DNA of 64,000 nt from Thermoanaerobaculia bacterium (lineage in GTDB: Bacteria; Acidobacteriota; Thermoanaerobaculia; Multivoradales; UBA5704), in assembly GCA_044226625.1 (NCBI GenBank), contig JBGAGQ010000019.1, positions 31,678 to 95,677 on the forward strand. The letters run 5' to 3'. The notes under the pieces are model-generated. The model was given only the letters and a program-made list of their open reading frames with translations. It was not told the origin of the DNA and searched no databases. Each line of letters starts with the position of its first letter. Positions within the stretch are counted from its first letter, which is position 1. Made by a program: the position numbers and the translations under genes. Shown piece after piece: positions 19,831 through 31,210 of the stretch.

Positions 19831-19955
19831 GGGCGAGGGGACTACGTTTAGTTCCTCCCGCAACGATGGCTCTCTCGTCTCGCCTAACGGTCGCGTTTGG
19901 GGGCGATTCGTGACATTCTCCTTCTCCACATGTTCGAGCCGGCCAGGGTCGCCAG

Positions 19956-20909
19956 GTGCTGCGGGAGTACAAGAACGACGGTGGCAAGTGGAGCATGACA
20001 GTGGATTTCATCCACCGGGGTAGCCAGCTCCTCGCGGCGGACACCTCGGCCGGAGTGAGCCACTTCCACCTGGATCATCTGGGGACGCCCCGGCTGATCA
20101 CGGATCAGACGGGGAAGAAGATCGCGTACCACGTGTACTGGCCGTACGGGGAGGAGCTGACTTCCACGAGCCAGGATGTGGAGCGGATGAAGTTTACCGG
20201 CCACGAGCGGGATTTGAACGGGGCGGGCGGGGCGGGGGATGATTTGGACTACATGCATGCTCGGTTTTGCTCGCCCGTGGTGGGGCGGTTTTTGGGGGTG
20301 GATCGTGTAGGTGGGACCCTAGGGATTCCTCAGAGCTGGAATCGGTACTCCTACTCGTATGGCAATCCGATCAAGCTAGTCGATCGGGATGGGAATCACC
20401 CGGTTGTGATCCTCTTGATTGTAGCCGGTGTCGCACTGTTTTCAGAGCCTGAGGCCGCCAACGCGCCAGGTTCAAAGGCTGAGCACGATGCGGGGATTCC
20501 GGACAAGAGCAACATGGGCGACCTGTCGGCCGCAGCGAAAGCCGCGGCGGTTTACGTTAGCTTGGTAAATCTGTTTAGCGGAGATGAGAGCCGATCTAAT
20601 GAGCCGGAGGACGTTGAAAAACCTGCCACGGTTCAGGACAACAAGAAGAATGGCGACGAATATCGCGACCAAGTAGCAAAGGAGATTGAGGCACTGGGGA
20701 ATTCGACAAAGACCGAAGTGACAAAGAAGACGCCGTTCGGACAGCGCAAGGTCGACATAGAGGTGACCAAGGAGGGTAAGGTTGTGGGAGGCGTTGAGAC
20801 GAAAACCGGTGACTCTCGATACTTGCCATCTCAGCAGGCCAAAGATGAATACCTGAAATCAACGGGCTATGACGTGGTCGTTGTTCGGAAGCCACCTCCT
20901 GGAGAGTAA
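19956..20909 (+). CDS. Orphan Rhs module 1: core fragment + PD-(D/E)xK nuclease-like toxin tip
   Basis: Rhs core duplicate up to GNPIKLVDRDG; tip contains NKKNGDEYRDQV...RKVDIEV...VETKTG...QQAKDEYL. No clear RBS/start, so probably a silent cassette. Confidence 0.8.
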   Translation: MLREYKNDGGKWSMTVDFIHRGSQLLAADTSAGVSHFHLDHLGTPRLITDQTGKKIAYHVYWPYGEELTSTSQDVERMKFTGHERDLNGAGGAGDDLDYMHARFCSPVVGRFLGVDRVGGTLGIPQSWNRYSYSYGNPIKLVDRDGNHPVVILLIVAGVALFSEPEAANAPGSKAEHDAGIPDKSNMGDLSAAAKAAAVYVSLVNLFSGDESRSNEPEDVEKPATVQDNKKNGDEYRDQVAKEIEALGNSTKTEVTKKTPFGQRKVDIEVTKEGKVVGGVETKTGDSRYLPSQQAKDEYLKSTGYDVVVVRKPPPGE

Positions 20910-21212
20910 ATGATAAATATGGGAGATCTTCTGGGTAAATGGGTTTCCGATCCTGCAGACAAGGTGGCGCGTGCAGAGTATGGCGACACCTCGCTTGAGT
21001 TCCGTGCGAACGGCGATCTCATCTACACCATCTATGGCGCCACGAAAGACGAGATTGCGATTCTGAGCTATAGAATCTGCGGTGATGAGATAGTCACCAG
21101 CCAGTTGTCCTACCCTAGGGAGGAGGTCAGCAAATTGGCAATCGATGATCAGGGTGCCATGACGATTGAATTCGGCAATGTCACCTCGCATTATGTGCGT
21201 GCCAAGGAGTAG
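20910..21212 (+). CDS. Putative immunity protein for orphan module 1 (small beta-rich, LLGKW start motif)
   Basis: ATG immediately after the toxin TAA; acidic 100-aa protein with no signal peptide. Confidence 0.65.
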   Translation: MINMGDLLGKWVSDPADKVARAEYGDTSLEFRANGDLIYTIYGATKDEIAILSYRICGDEIVTSQLSYPREEVSKLAIDDQGAMTIEFGNVTSHYVRAKE

Positions 21213-21240
21213 TTGCACGCATGTGAGTTGAGATTCCCCG

Positions 21241-22367
21241 GATGACGAACAGATCTGGTCGTTCAAGACGGGCGGACTGTCCCGCTGGACGTTACGCGAC
21301 CTGGGCAACCAGGTGCTGCGGGAGTACAAGAACGACGGCGGCACCTGGAGCGTGACGGAGGACTTCATCCATCGGGGCGCGCAGCTTCTGGCCGCCGACA
21401 CCACGACCGGTGTGAGCCATTTCCACCTGGACCATTTGGGGACGCCGCGCCTGATCACCGACCAGACGGGCAAGAAGATCGCGTACCACGTGTACTGGCC
21501 GTACGGGGAGGAGCTGACTTCCACGAGCCAGGATGTGGAGCGTAGGAAATTTACCGGGCACGAGCGCGACTTCAACGGCGCGGGCGGGCCGGGGGATGAC
21601 CTGGACTACATGCATGCGCGGTTTCGCTCGCCGGTGGTGGGGCGGTTTTTGGGGGTGGATGAGGTTGAGGGCAGAGCAGATAGGCCCTAATCTTGGAACC
21701 GCTATGCCTATCGCATGGAAATCCGCTGAAAAGTATCGACCCGCACGGCAAGGATGAAATTTCAGCTCTGGCGAATGTCTATGCATCGGTCTCCCGCGCG
21801 ATCGTCGGCGTAGGCTCGGCAATACAAGACGTCGTCGATTCATTAAACGAAGGTGGTGTCGTGGGCATTGCCGCCGACACAGCCCTTGGGACGGCGGGGT
21901 CAGCGGTGCAAGGAATCGGTGACCTGTTCAACCTTGGTAGGTCAAGTGGCGACGCGATAGGCTCCGATGGGGACTCGTACGATGTCGGAAATGCGCTTGC
22001 TGCGGATCTTGGGCGGGCAAGCGGAATCGTGCTCACGATCGCAGGCACGGCTCAGTACAGCCTCGGAGCTAAGGCACCCCTGTACCGTGCCGTGTCGCAG
22101 GCAGAAATGTCTAGCCTTGCAGAGTCTGGGTCCTTCCAGCCCTCGCCGTCGGGGAGTATGTCGAAAGGTTTCTTCTTCTCGAAGGGTGATGCGGAAGCTT
22201 TTGCATCTCAAAAGTCGCGTATCGACGGGCCCCACTCCGTCGTTTCTGCTGAAGCTCCGACGCAGCTGGTAAGATCTTCTCCTCCCCATGTGGCTGGAGA
22301 AGGGCCCGGCGTCTATATACCGAACAATCGACTAAGCAGTGTAACGCCGAAGGTAACCCCGAGATGA
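21241..22367 (+). pseudogene. Orphan Rhs module 2 (disrupted): core fragment + ADP-ribosyltransferase-like toxin tip
   Basis: Core homology from 21241; TAA at 21688-21690 in place of Q in PQSWNRY and a frameshift near 21711 before GNPLKSIDPHG. The tip has LYRAVSQAE...GSF...KGFF...DAEAF. Confidence 0.75.
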
Positions 22368-22831
22368 ATCCCTTAGAGCTCATCATCTTCGACACCGATC
22401 CACATCTCGTAGAGACGTTTCGGCGAGGAATCGACCTTCCTTTCGTAAAGATTGTTCTAGGAAGCGGGCCGGAAGTCACCTCTTTCCAAAAGCTCGATGC
22501 GCTGTGGGGCAGCTGGATGATTGCCGAGCGTTTTGGAATTACACCGGACCCCGTACCCTATCGTGCAGAGGTCTTCCCGAACGCCGGTCCTTTAAGGGGC
22601 CTTCCTCCATTCATAGTCGCCGGTCCTAGTCTCGCACCGGGAGATAGTTTTTCGCCAAACAGAGGCCTTGAAATCAACCTGGACGGAATGCTGGATGCTG
22701 TTTCGCGATTTAACGCGAGCAGTGAGACTCCGATCCGGCGTTTGGGGACGATTCGTGAGAATCTCCTTCTCCACATGATCGAGCCGGACAGGGTCGCCGC
22801 TGCGATCGATGCAGCCTGGCGGAGACATTAG
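22364..22831 (+). CDS. Macrodomain-like putative immunity protein
   Basis: ATGA overlap with the toxin tip; pattern LELIIFDTDPHLVETF...VKIVLG...DAL...PPFIVAGPSL...LDAVSRFN...IRRLG follows the macro-fold strand/helix order. Confidence 0.6.
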   Translation: MNPLELIIFDTDPHLVETFRRGIDLPFVKIVLGSGPEVTSFQKLDALWGSWMIAERFGITPDPVPYRAEVFPNAGPLRGLPPFIVAGPSLAPGDSFSPNRGLEINLDGMLDAVSRFNASSETPIRRLGTIRENLLLHMIEPDRVAAAIDAAWRRH

Positions 22832-22851
22832 CGATGCTATGAGAGTTCCCC

Positions 22852-23445
22852 AAACCTGTTGGAGATAGGCGGACTGGGTGGGCGGAATACGCCACCGAAT
22901 TCGGCTACGAACCGCCCCGGGGATGGCCTACGACGCGGCGGGGAACCTGACGGCCAACAACGGCGCGGTGCACGAGTACGACTCGTTCCAACTGATGTGG
23001 CACTTCCAGTCGGGGGCAGAAGACTGGCGCTAGGTCTACACAGCTGACGATGAGCGGATCTGGTCGTTCAAGACGGGCGGTGTCTCCCGCTGGACGTTAC
23101 GCGACCTGGGCAACCAGATGCTGCGGTAGGCCAAGAACGACGGTGGTATCTGGAGTGTGACGGAGGACTTCATCCATCGGGGTAACCAGCTCCTCGCGGC
23201 GGACACCACGACTGGGGTGAGCCACTTCCACCTGGATCATGTGGGAACGCCGCGGCTCATCACGGATCAGACGGGTAAGAAGATCGCGTACCAAGTGTAC
23301 TGGCCGTACGGCGAGGACCTAACTTCATCAAGCCAGGATTTGGAGCGAATGAAGTCACCGGCCACGAGCGGGACTTGAACGGTGCGGGTGGGCCAGGGGA
23401 CGATCTGGACTACATGCATGCTCGGTTCTGCTCGCCGGTGGTGGG
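22852..23445 (+). pseudogene. Decayed Rhs core fragment without toxin tip
   Basis: Homologous to 18166-18769; TAG stops at 23031 and 23127, plus small indels; ends before the WNRY/DPxG junction. Confidence 0.85.
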
Positions 23446-23568
23446 AAGGTCACAATTTCGGCAAATCCTTCCCTTACCAAGGGTCTTCCGTACACAATTG
23501 GTGTTGCCGCCGTGAATAGGGAGCTAGTATCTGAATGTTGTGCCCTGGACTCGCACGAAGGAATAGGA

Positions 23569-23934
23569 ATGATCGAAAGGAAGCACCTGACCATCGGCCT
23601 CGAGTTTTATCGAGGCAACTCATCTCCAGTCGAAGGCTACTTCGAAGAGGGCGTTCCAAATCCCCGGCACCTCGATGAGCTAGGGGTCTCTGTGGATGCG
23701 GAGGAGGTATTCGACGAGGTAGCTGACTCGTTCAAACAATCCGGCCGCCTACAGGTCACTTTCAGCGGCACCCGAAGGGCATATGCAGAGCTAGGACGCT
23801 ATTTCCTGGCAATGTCGGAGTTCCAAGCGCTCAACCCCCAATACCACGACCACCTTGACCGGCTAGCTAAGGTTGAAGGAAAGAGGGAGGTCGAGCTCAT
23901 CGTGCGGCTACCGGGACCGCAGCGAGTAGAATGA
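23569..23934 (+). CDS. Orphan immunity protein (Imm32-like pattern)
   Basis: RBS AGGAATAGGA; LQVTFSGTRRAYAELGRYFLAMSE...YHDHLD resembles the G...L..LA..L..la...HxHLD pattern of Imm32-type proteins (from memory). Confidence 0.55.
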   Translation: MIERKHLTIGLEFYRGNSSPVEGYFEEGVPNPRHLDELGVSVDAEEVFDEVADSFKQSGRLQVTFSGTRRAYAELGRYFLAMSEFQALNPQYHDHLDRLAKVEGKREVELIVRLPGPQRVE

Positions 23935-24407
23935 GGTCCACTCCCCTCCTTGGAGTTGGGATTGGCGTTTTGCTGGTCCTGGCCTCTTGTGCGAGCGACG
24001 GTGGGCGAGCCAGAGAACCAAGCATCATCGAAGCATTGCGAACTTCCGCCCAGCCAGCCATTGACACTTTCACGGAGGACTTTCTGGCCGGAAAGTTGAA
24101 GCTAGAACCTCGGTGGCTGGCCGATCGGTCCATCCAACACGTTTACATTCGGATTGGTGGTTCGCGCGAAGAGGGAATCAACCACCTCGGCGTCGAGCGG
24201 CTCGGCGACTATTTCCTTTGCCTGTTGGAGATTCGTTTCAACAAGTCGACCGCGGAGATTCTGAACGACCGGAGGCTCCCCGTAGCGGATGCCTGCGCGC
24301 AAGGAGGTTGTGGACCCTGCTATTCGGAAGCATGGCCGATGAGTGACGATGCGCGTAAGGCCCTGGTTGCCTTTTGGCTCGAACGAGCGAGCGATTGGGC
24401 TAGGTAG
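23931..24407 (+). CDS. Lipoprotein, possible orphan immunity protein
   Basis: ATGA overlap with the previous gene; lipobox VLASC; Cys-rich C-terminus (CAQGGCGPC). Confidence 0.6.
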   Translation: MRSTPLLGVGIGVLLVLASCASDGGRAREPSIIEALRTSAQPAIDTFTEDFLAGKLKLEPRWLADRSIQHVYIRIGGSREEGINHLGVERLGDYFLCLLEIRFNKSTAEILNDRRLPVADACAQGGCGPCYSEAWPMSDDARKALVAFWLERASDWAR

Positions 24408-25985
24408 ACGCTGACTGTCGAACCCGCCACACCATGATCCCCCGCCCGCGCGCGACGGGCCGTAGCCAGGGCGCGAGGGGTTTACTTTCGAGCAGCGCCT
24501 TCGGCCGGTCGCGGAGGTCGATCTCTCCGACCACGAGATAGCCGACGTTCTGTTCGCGGAGCAGCCGTTCCAGCCGGTCGAGGTAGAGGCGCGGATTGTT
24601 TACTTCCGGTCCGAAGGCGTCGGGGATCGCGAGGTAAGGCCGTGAAAGATAGCGGCCGAGAAAGGGCGACGTCCCGGCGAAGCGGGTGTCGGCCGGTAGC
24701 TGTCTTTCGAGATTCAGGAGGGTTGCGATCTCCCACTCCGGGTGGCGCTCGATGAAGGCAGGGAGCCGGCGGAAGGCGGTTTTCGCTCCGAGGGAGAGGA
24801 CGAGCGCCGTGGCGGTGAGGAGCGCGATCGTTCGCGCGGCGGAGCGGAGGGTTCGCACGGCCGGTTCGCGGAGGGGGGCGGCGAACAGGATGGCGTTCGC
24901 GGCGGGGAGGAGGCAGAGCAGGAATCGGCCCCAGGTGAAGAACGAAAAGGCGACCGCGGCGAGAAAGATGGCCCCGGACGCGAGGAGCCAGGTGGCGCTG
25001 CGATCCCTTCGGAAGATCAACCAGGCGCCGGCCGTGAGGAAGAGCGCGGCGTGAAGTGGGGTTCCGACGAGCTGGGCGAGCCCTCCCTCGGTGAAGCGCC
25101 AGAGCTCGGAAAGGCCGCCGCGGAGGATTCCGACCGGGTCGGCGCGGACGATCTCGCCCAGACCTTTGAACGGCACCCGGTCGAGGTATGACCAGTCGGG
25201 GTAGCCGTAGAGCTTCCAGGCGACGTTCTTCCAGTTCTCGTCGTGGAACGGGTCTCCGAAGGCGGCGAAGCGCCAGGCCCAGAGGGCGACGAAACCCGGT
25301 AGCGCGGCGAGTCCGGCGTAGAGGAGGTGGCGCCATCGCGCCCCCGGAGCGTCTCGTCCGCCGAACCAGAGCGCGAGAAGCAGCCCGGGGACGAGGAAGA
25401 TCGCGTTGCCCCGGGTGAACGCGCCGAGGCCGAGGAGGGCACCCGCGACGAGCGCCGGTCGCGGACCGGGGCGCCGGAGGTAGATCAGTCCGGAGAGCAG
25501 AACGCCCGCCGCGAGGGCGGCGAACGTCATGTCGGTCGTCGTGTGCTGGCCGAGGATCCAGAGGTTCGGGTTGACCGCGGTCGCGGCAAACGCCCAGGCG
25601 CCGACGGACTCGCCGGCGTCCGATCCCGCGGAGCCGAGGCCCCCCTCTCCCAGCTCGCGCCCGGTGCGCCAGGCGATCCAGGCGAGCGCGGCCGCGGCGA
25701 GGTTCGAGAGGAGGCGCGCCGCCGCGAACGGATCGCCGATCGCGCCGCCGAGCGCCGCCGTGAGCAGCGGGTAGAGCGGTGGCCGGTAGGGGTCCCGCGG
25801 CAGCTCGCCCGCGAGGAGGGCTTCGGCCTGGGCGACGTAGCCGTCGCGCTCCGCAGAGCCCGCCTCTTCGACGCAGTGGTAGCGCGCTCCGAACAGCGCG
25901 AGGTTGACGAACAGGAGCCCCGCGGCGAGCGCCGCGCGGCGTGAAGCACCCGGATCTCGGTCTCGGAGCCGGGCGAGGAGGGACA

Positions 25986-25986
<1 letters not shown>
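24400..25986 (-). CDS. GT-C (ArnT/family 39-like) integral membrane glycosyltransferase
   Basis: Multiple TM helices; ERDGY...DPYRPPLYPLL, TTDMTF, LGAFTR motifs; overlaps the ftsB stop. Confidence 0.7.
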
Positions 25987-27853
<1,867 letters not shown>

Positions 27854-27907
27854 TCAAGCTTTTTCACGCTGAAACGAGATCTGCCGCGGTGCTAGAGTCC
27901 GCCGGCG

Positions 27908-29479
27908 ATGTCGGAGACGGCGGACGGCGGCCCGGCGAGGGAGAAACAGGCGGCGCGCGAGGACGGCGCCGCGGGAGCTCCCGCCGCCGCGTCGGGCCCC
28001 GGGCCGGCGGGCTCCGAGCTTCGCGTCGCTCGGTTCTTCGCCGTCCTCGCGATGACCGGGCTCGCCGCGGCTGCGATCTGCGGCGCGGGATGGTGGCGCG
28101 CCTCGCGCGGGCGCTCGGATCTCGCGTCGCTCTCTCCGGCCGCGCGGCAGGCGCTGTTCGAGGAGGCGCTCCACGACAACCCGGGAGCCTTCGTCCCGAC
28201 CTGGTATGCCCCGGCGATCGCCTACACGCTCCGCCCGGGGCAGCGCATCTCGGCCTGGGACGACACGTTCACGGCGAACGTTCTGGGCTATCGCACCGGC
28301 CCGCCCGCCAAAGCGCCGGGGACGTTCCGCGTCGTCTTCGTTGGCGACTCCTGGACCTTCGGCATGGGGATTAAGGAAGAGGAGTCGTTTCCCCGCCAGT
28401 TCCAGGCGCTCGCCGAACAGCTCGGCGCCTCGCCCGGTCGCCCGGTCGAGGCCTGGACCTTGGCGTTGCCGGGATACAACACGCTGAACGAGGTGGCGGC
28501 GCTCGAGTACTTCTATCCTCGCCTCCAGCCGGACGCGGTGGTCCTCGCGCCGTGCAGCAACGACATGGACACCTCGGCCGTGGTGCTGCCGAACGGCTCG
28601 CTCGCCCGATCGCAGGCCGAGAGCGACGAGTTCGGCGACGACCACTCCCGCGTCTACCGGAATCATCAGGTCGCTTCCTACACGTTCCTCGAGCGTTGGC
28701 GCGCCTGTTTTCGCGCGATCCATGCCGAGGAGGAGCGCCTCGCGGCGCGCAAGGTCCCCCTTCTTCTCTTCTTCACCGCGATCTGGGAGGAGCCGTTCGT
28801 CCACCGGTTGATCGGCGAGGGAGGGGTGCGTGCGCCGTATGTGATCACGCCCAAGGCCTTCACCACCGGGCGCTGGCGCAACCCGCCCCCCTATCGCCAC
28901 GGCACGCCCGAGGCGAATCGAGTCTTCGGCCGGATGGTCTATCGCGGCGTCGCCCAGACTCTGGGCTGGCCGCCGCCTCCGCCGGCGGGCGATGCGAGCG
29001 ACGTCCGGGTCTTCACGGCCGTGCCGGCCGGCGACTGGCGGACGGCGAGCGACCGCCTGCTCGAATCCGAGACGGCGAAGGCGATCCCGGAAGCTTACGA
29101 GCCTGGGCCGGGACGAGACGATCAGTGTGTCGGGCCGATGGACTGCGCGAGCGGTCTTATCGGCCGGGCGACCACGGTCCTGGTCCGACGCCGCGCCGGA
29201 GCGCGGCGGCTGGTGGTCGAGCTACGCCGGCTTCCTGAAGTCGGCCATCTTTATCCCTTGGCCGTCTCGCTCGGCATCCCCTCGCCCTCCGGGGGGACCC
29301 GGGCCGAGCTCACGTTCGAGGCGACCGGGGCCGAGACGCGCAGCATCGCGATCGACCTGCCCGCGGACCTCCCCGTCGGCGCGGCGGTCGATCTGGTGGT
29401 TCGAGCATCGGCGTCGGCGATCGCGCCGGACGGCTTTTCGAGCCGTTCGGCACGCATCGTGCAAATCCGTCAGGAGTGA
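27908..29479 (+). CDS. Membrane-anchored SGNH/GDSL hydrolase-family protein
   Basis: TM helix; RVVFVGDSWTFGMG (block I), LPGYNT (block II), CSND (block III), late RHGTPEAN. Confidence 0.75.
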   Translation: MSETADGGPAREKQAAREDGAAGAPAAASGPGPAGSELRVARFFAVLAMTGLAAAAICGAGWWRASRGRSDLASLSPAARQALFEEALHDNPGAFVPTWYAPAIAYTLRPGQRISAWDDTFTANVLGYRTGPPAKAPGTFRVVFVGDSWTFGMGIKEEESFPRQFQALAEQLGASPGRPVEAWTLALPGYNTLNEVAALEYFYPRLQPDAVVLAPCSNDMDTSAVVLPNGSLARSQAESDEFGDDHSRVYRNHQVASYTFLERWRACFRAIHAEEERLAARKVPLLLFFTAIWEEPFVHRLIGEGGVRAPYVITPKAFTTGRWRNPPPYRHGTPEANRVFGRMVYRGVAQTLGWPPPPPAGDASDVRVFTAVPAGDWRTASDRLLESETAKAIPEAYEPGPGRDDQCVGPMDCASGLIGRATTVLVRRRAGARRLVVELRRLPEVGHLYPLAVSLGIPSPSGGTRAELTFEATGAETRSIAIDLPADLPVGAAVDLVVRASASAIAPDGFSSRSARIVQIRQE

Positions 29480-29499
29480 GATCTAGGAAGGGGGTCGGT

Positions 29500-29871
29500 T
29501 CAACGGCCGAGCGCTTGCTCGATCGCGATGCGGATGCGCGCCTCGAGGTCCGCCTCGGTCGGGACGGGGATCTCGGGCGTCGCCCCCTGCGTCTCGCCCC
29601 CGCGGGCCTGGAGCCGCTCGACGAGGTCCCGGCTCCGGTCCCCGTAGCTCGGCGCGGGAAACAGGGCGCCGAAATACAAATGGTCGGGCACCTCGAGGTG
29701 ATGGAGCGCCTCGAGCAACAGGCGGAGGGTGAGCTCCTCTCGCTCCTCGAGCACCGCCTCGAGACCGCGGAGGCGGGGCGAGCGAGCCTGGAGCGACGCC
29801 ACCGTCTGGCCGGAGGATCGGATCAGGGCGTCGAGCAGGCGGAGCGCCTGGGCGGCTTGATCGTCGGGCAT
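29500..29871 (-). CDS. Small hypothetical protein, possibly a degenerate XRE-like HTH
   Basis: LDALIRSSGQTVASLQ...LEAVLEEREELTLRLLLEALHHLEVP..YF resembles XRE-type helices; divergent from pilM. Confidence 0.5.
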   Translation of the reverse strand: MPDDQAAQALRLLDALIRSSGQTVASLQARSPRLRGLEAVLEEREELTLRLLLEALHHLEVPDHLYFGALFPAPSYGDRSRDLVERLQARGGETQGATPEIPVPTEADLEARIRIAIEQALGR

Positions 29872-30052
29872 GGGCGAAGTGTACCAGCCCTCCTGCTGCC
29901 CGGTTCGACGAATCCGGGGGAGGGAGGGGGCCGAGGCGGTGGAAGTCGGACGCGGTGGGGCGCCGGAACAGGGGCTAAAGCGCCTTGCCGAAAGAGGTAT
30001 CCGAGTGTAGAGTCAGGTAACGATTTCATATATCAATAGGCGTATCTCCGCC

Positions 30053-30081
30053 TTGACATCGGTGTTTTTTGCTGGTAGCTT
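30053..30081 (+). promoter_or_regulatory. Putative sigma70 promoter of pilMNOPQ
   Basis: Perfect TTGACA (30053-30058), 17-nt spacer, TAGCTT (30076-30081), in an AT-rich gap. Confidence 0.6.
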
Positions 30082-30147
30082 CCAGTGAAGCTTTAACCCT
30101 TTCTCTGTAACCGGCCTTGTACAAAGGGCTTTTGGGGGCAAACCGCG

Positions 30148-31206
30148 GTGTTCTTCTCGCGCTCGAAGGGTGTCGTGGGGCTCGACATAGGGAGCTCGGC
30201 CATCAAACTGGTCGAGTTGAAGGAACGAAAGGCCGGTGAGTTCCACCTCCAGCGCCTGGGCGTCGAGCCGCTGTCGCCCGAGGCGATCGTGGACGGGTCG
30301 GTCATGGACTCGGCGTTGGTGGTCGACGCCATCCACCGCCTGAACGACCAGACCAAGGTCAAGAACACCAACTACGCCACCTCGCTGTCGGGTCACTCCG
30401 TCATCATCAAGAAGATCCAGCTCCCGGCGATGCCGCGCGAGGAGCTGGCCGAGTCGATCCAGTGGGAGGCGGAGCAGTACATCCCGTTCGACATCAACGA
30501 CGTCCGTCTCGACTACGTCGTCCTCTCCGACGGCGAGCCGGGGCGCGACCAGATGGACGTGCTGCTCGTCGCGGTCAAGCTCGACAAGATCAACGACTAC
30601 GTTTCGGTCGTGCGCCAGACGGGCAAGGTGCCGTCGCTGATCGACGTCGACGCCTTCGCGGTGCAGAACTGCTACGAGGTCAACTATGACCTCGACACGA
30701 GGAAGACCGTCGCCCTGATCAACATGGGCGCCGCGGTCACCAACATCAACATCCTGTCGCGGGGAACGACCGTCTTCTGGCGCGACATCTCGTTCGGCGG
30801 CAACCAGTTCACGGAGTCCCTGCAGCGCGACCTGAACCTCTCCTTCGACCAGTCCGAGACGCTCAAGCGCGGCCAGCCGGTCGATCGCTACTCGCCGAAC
30901 GACGCGCGCAACGTGCTCGACGCGGTGTCGGGCGACATGGCGAGCGAAATTCGAAAGACCTTCGACTTCTTCTCCGCCACCTCTTCCGAGGGGCCGGTCG
31001 ACGAGCTGATGCTGTCGGGCGGGTGCGCGCTCACGCCGAACCTCGCGCAGGTCCTGCGCGAGCGGTTCGGGATTCCGGTCGAGATCCTGAATCCCTTCCG
31101 GCGTGTGCGGTTCAACGAGAAGGACTTCGACGCCGCATGGCTGCAGTCGGTGGCGCCGATGATGGCCATCGCGGTCGGGTTGGCGATCCGCAAGCTGGGA
31201 GACTAG
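30148..31206 (+). CDS. pilM: Type IV pilus assembly protein PilM
   Basis: VVGLDIGSSAIKLVEL, WEAEQYIPF, VDAFAVQN, ALINMGA, GGNQFT, LSGGCA, AVGLAIR. Confidence 0.96.
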   Translation: MFFSRSKGVVGLDIGSSAIKLVELKERKAGEFHLQRLGVEPLSPEAIVDGSVMDSALVVDAIHRLNDQTKVKNTNYATSLSGHSVIIKKIQLPAMPREELAESIQWEAEQYIPFDINDVRLDYVVLSDGEPGRDQMDVLLVAVKLDKINDYVSVVRQTGKVPSLIDVDAFAVQNCYEVNYDLDTRKTVALINMGAAVTNINILSRGTTVFWRDISFGGNQFTESLQRDLNLSFDQSETLKRGQPVDRYSPNDARNVLDAVSGDMASEIRKTFDFFSATSSEGPVDELMLSGGCALTPNLAQVLRERFGIPVEILNPFRRVRFNEKDFDAAWLQSVAPMMAIAVGLAIRKLGD

Positions 31207-31210
31207 CGCG

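Noticed and set aside
18434-23445. Diversity-generating retroelement (template/variable repeats)
   Set aside because: No reverse transcriptase, and differences between copies are not adenine-specific; explained by Rhs orphan modules.
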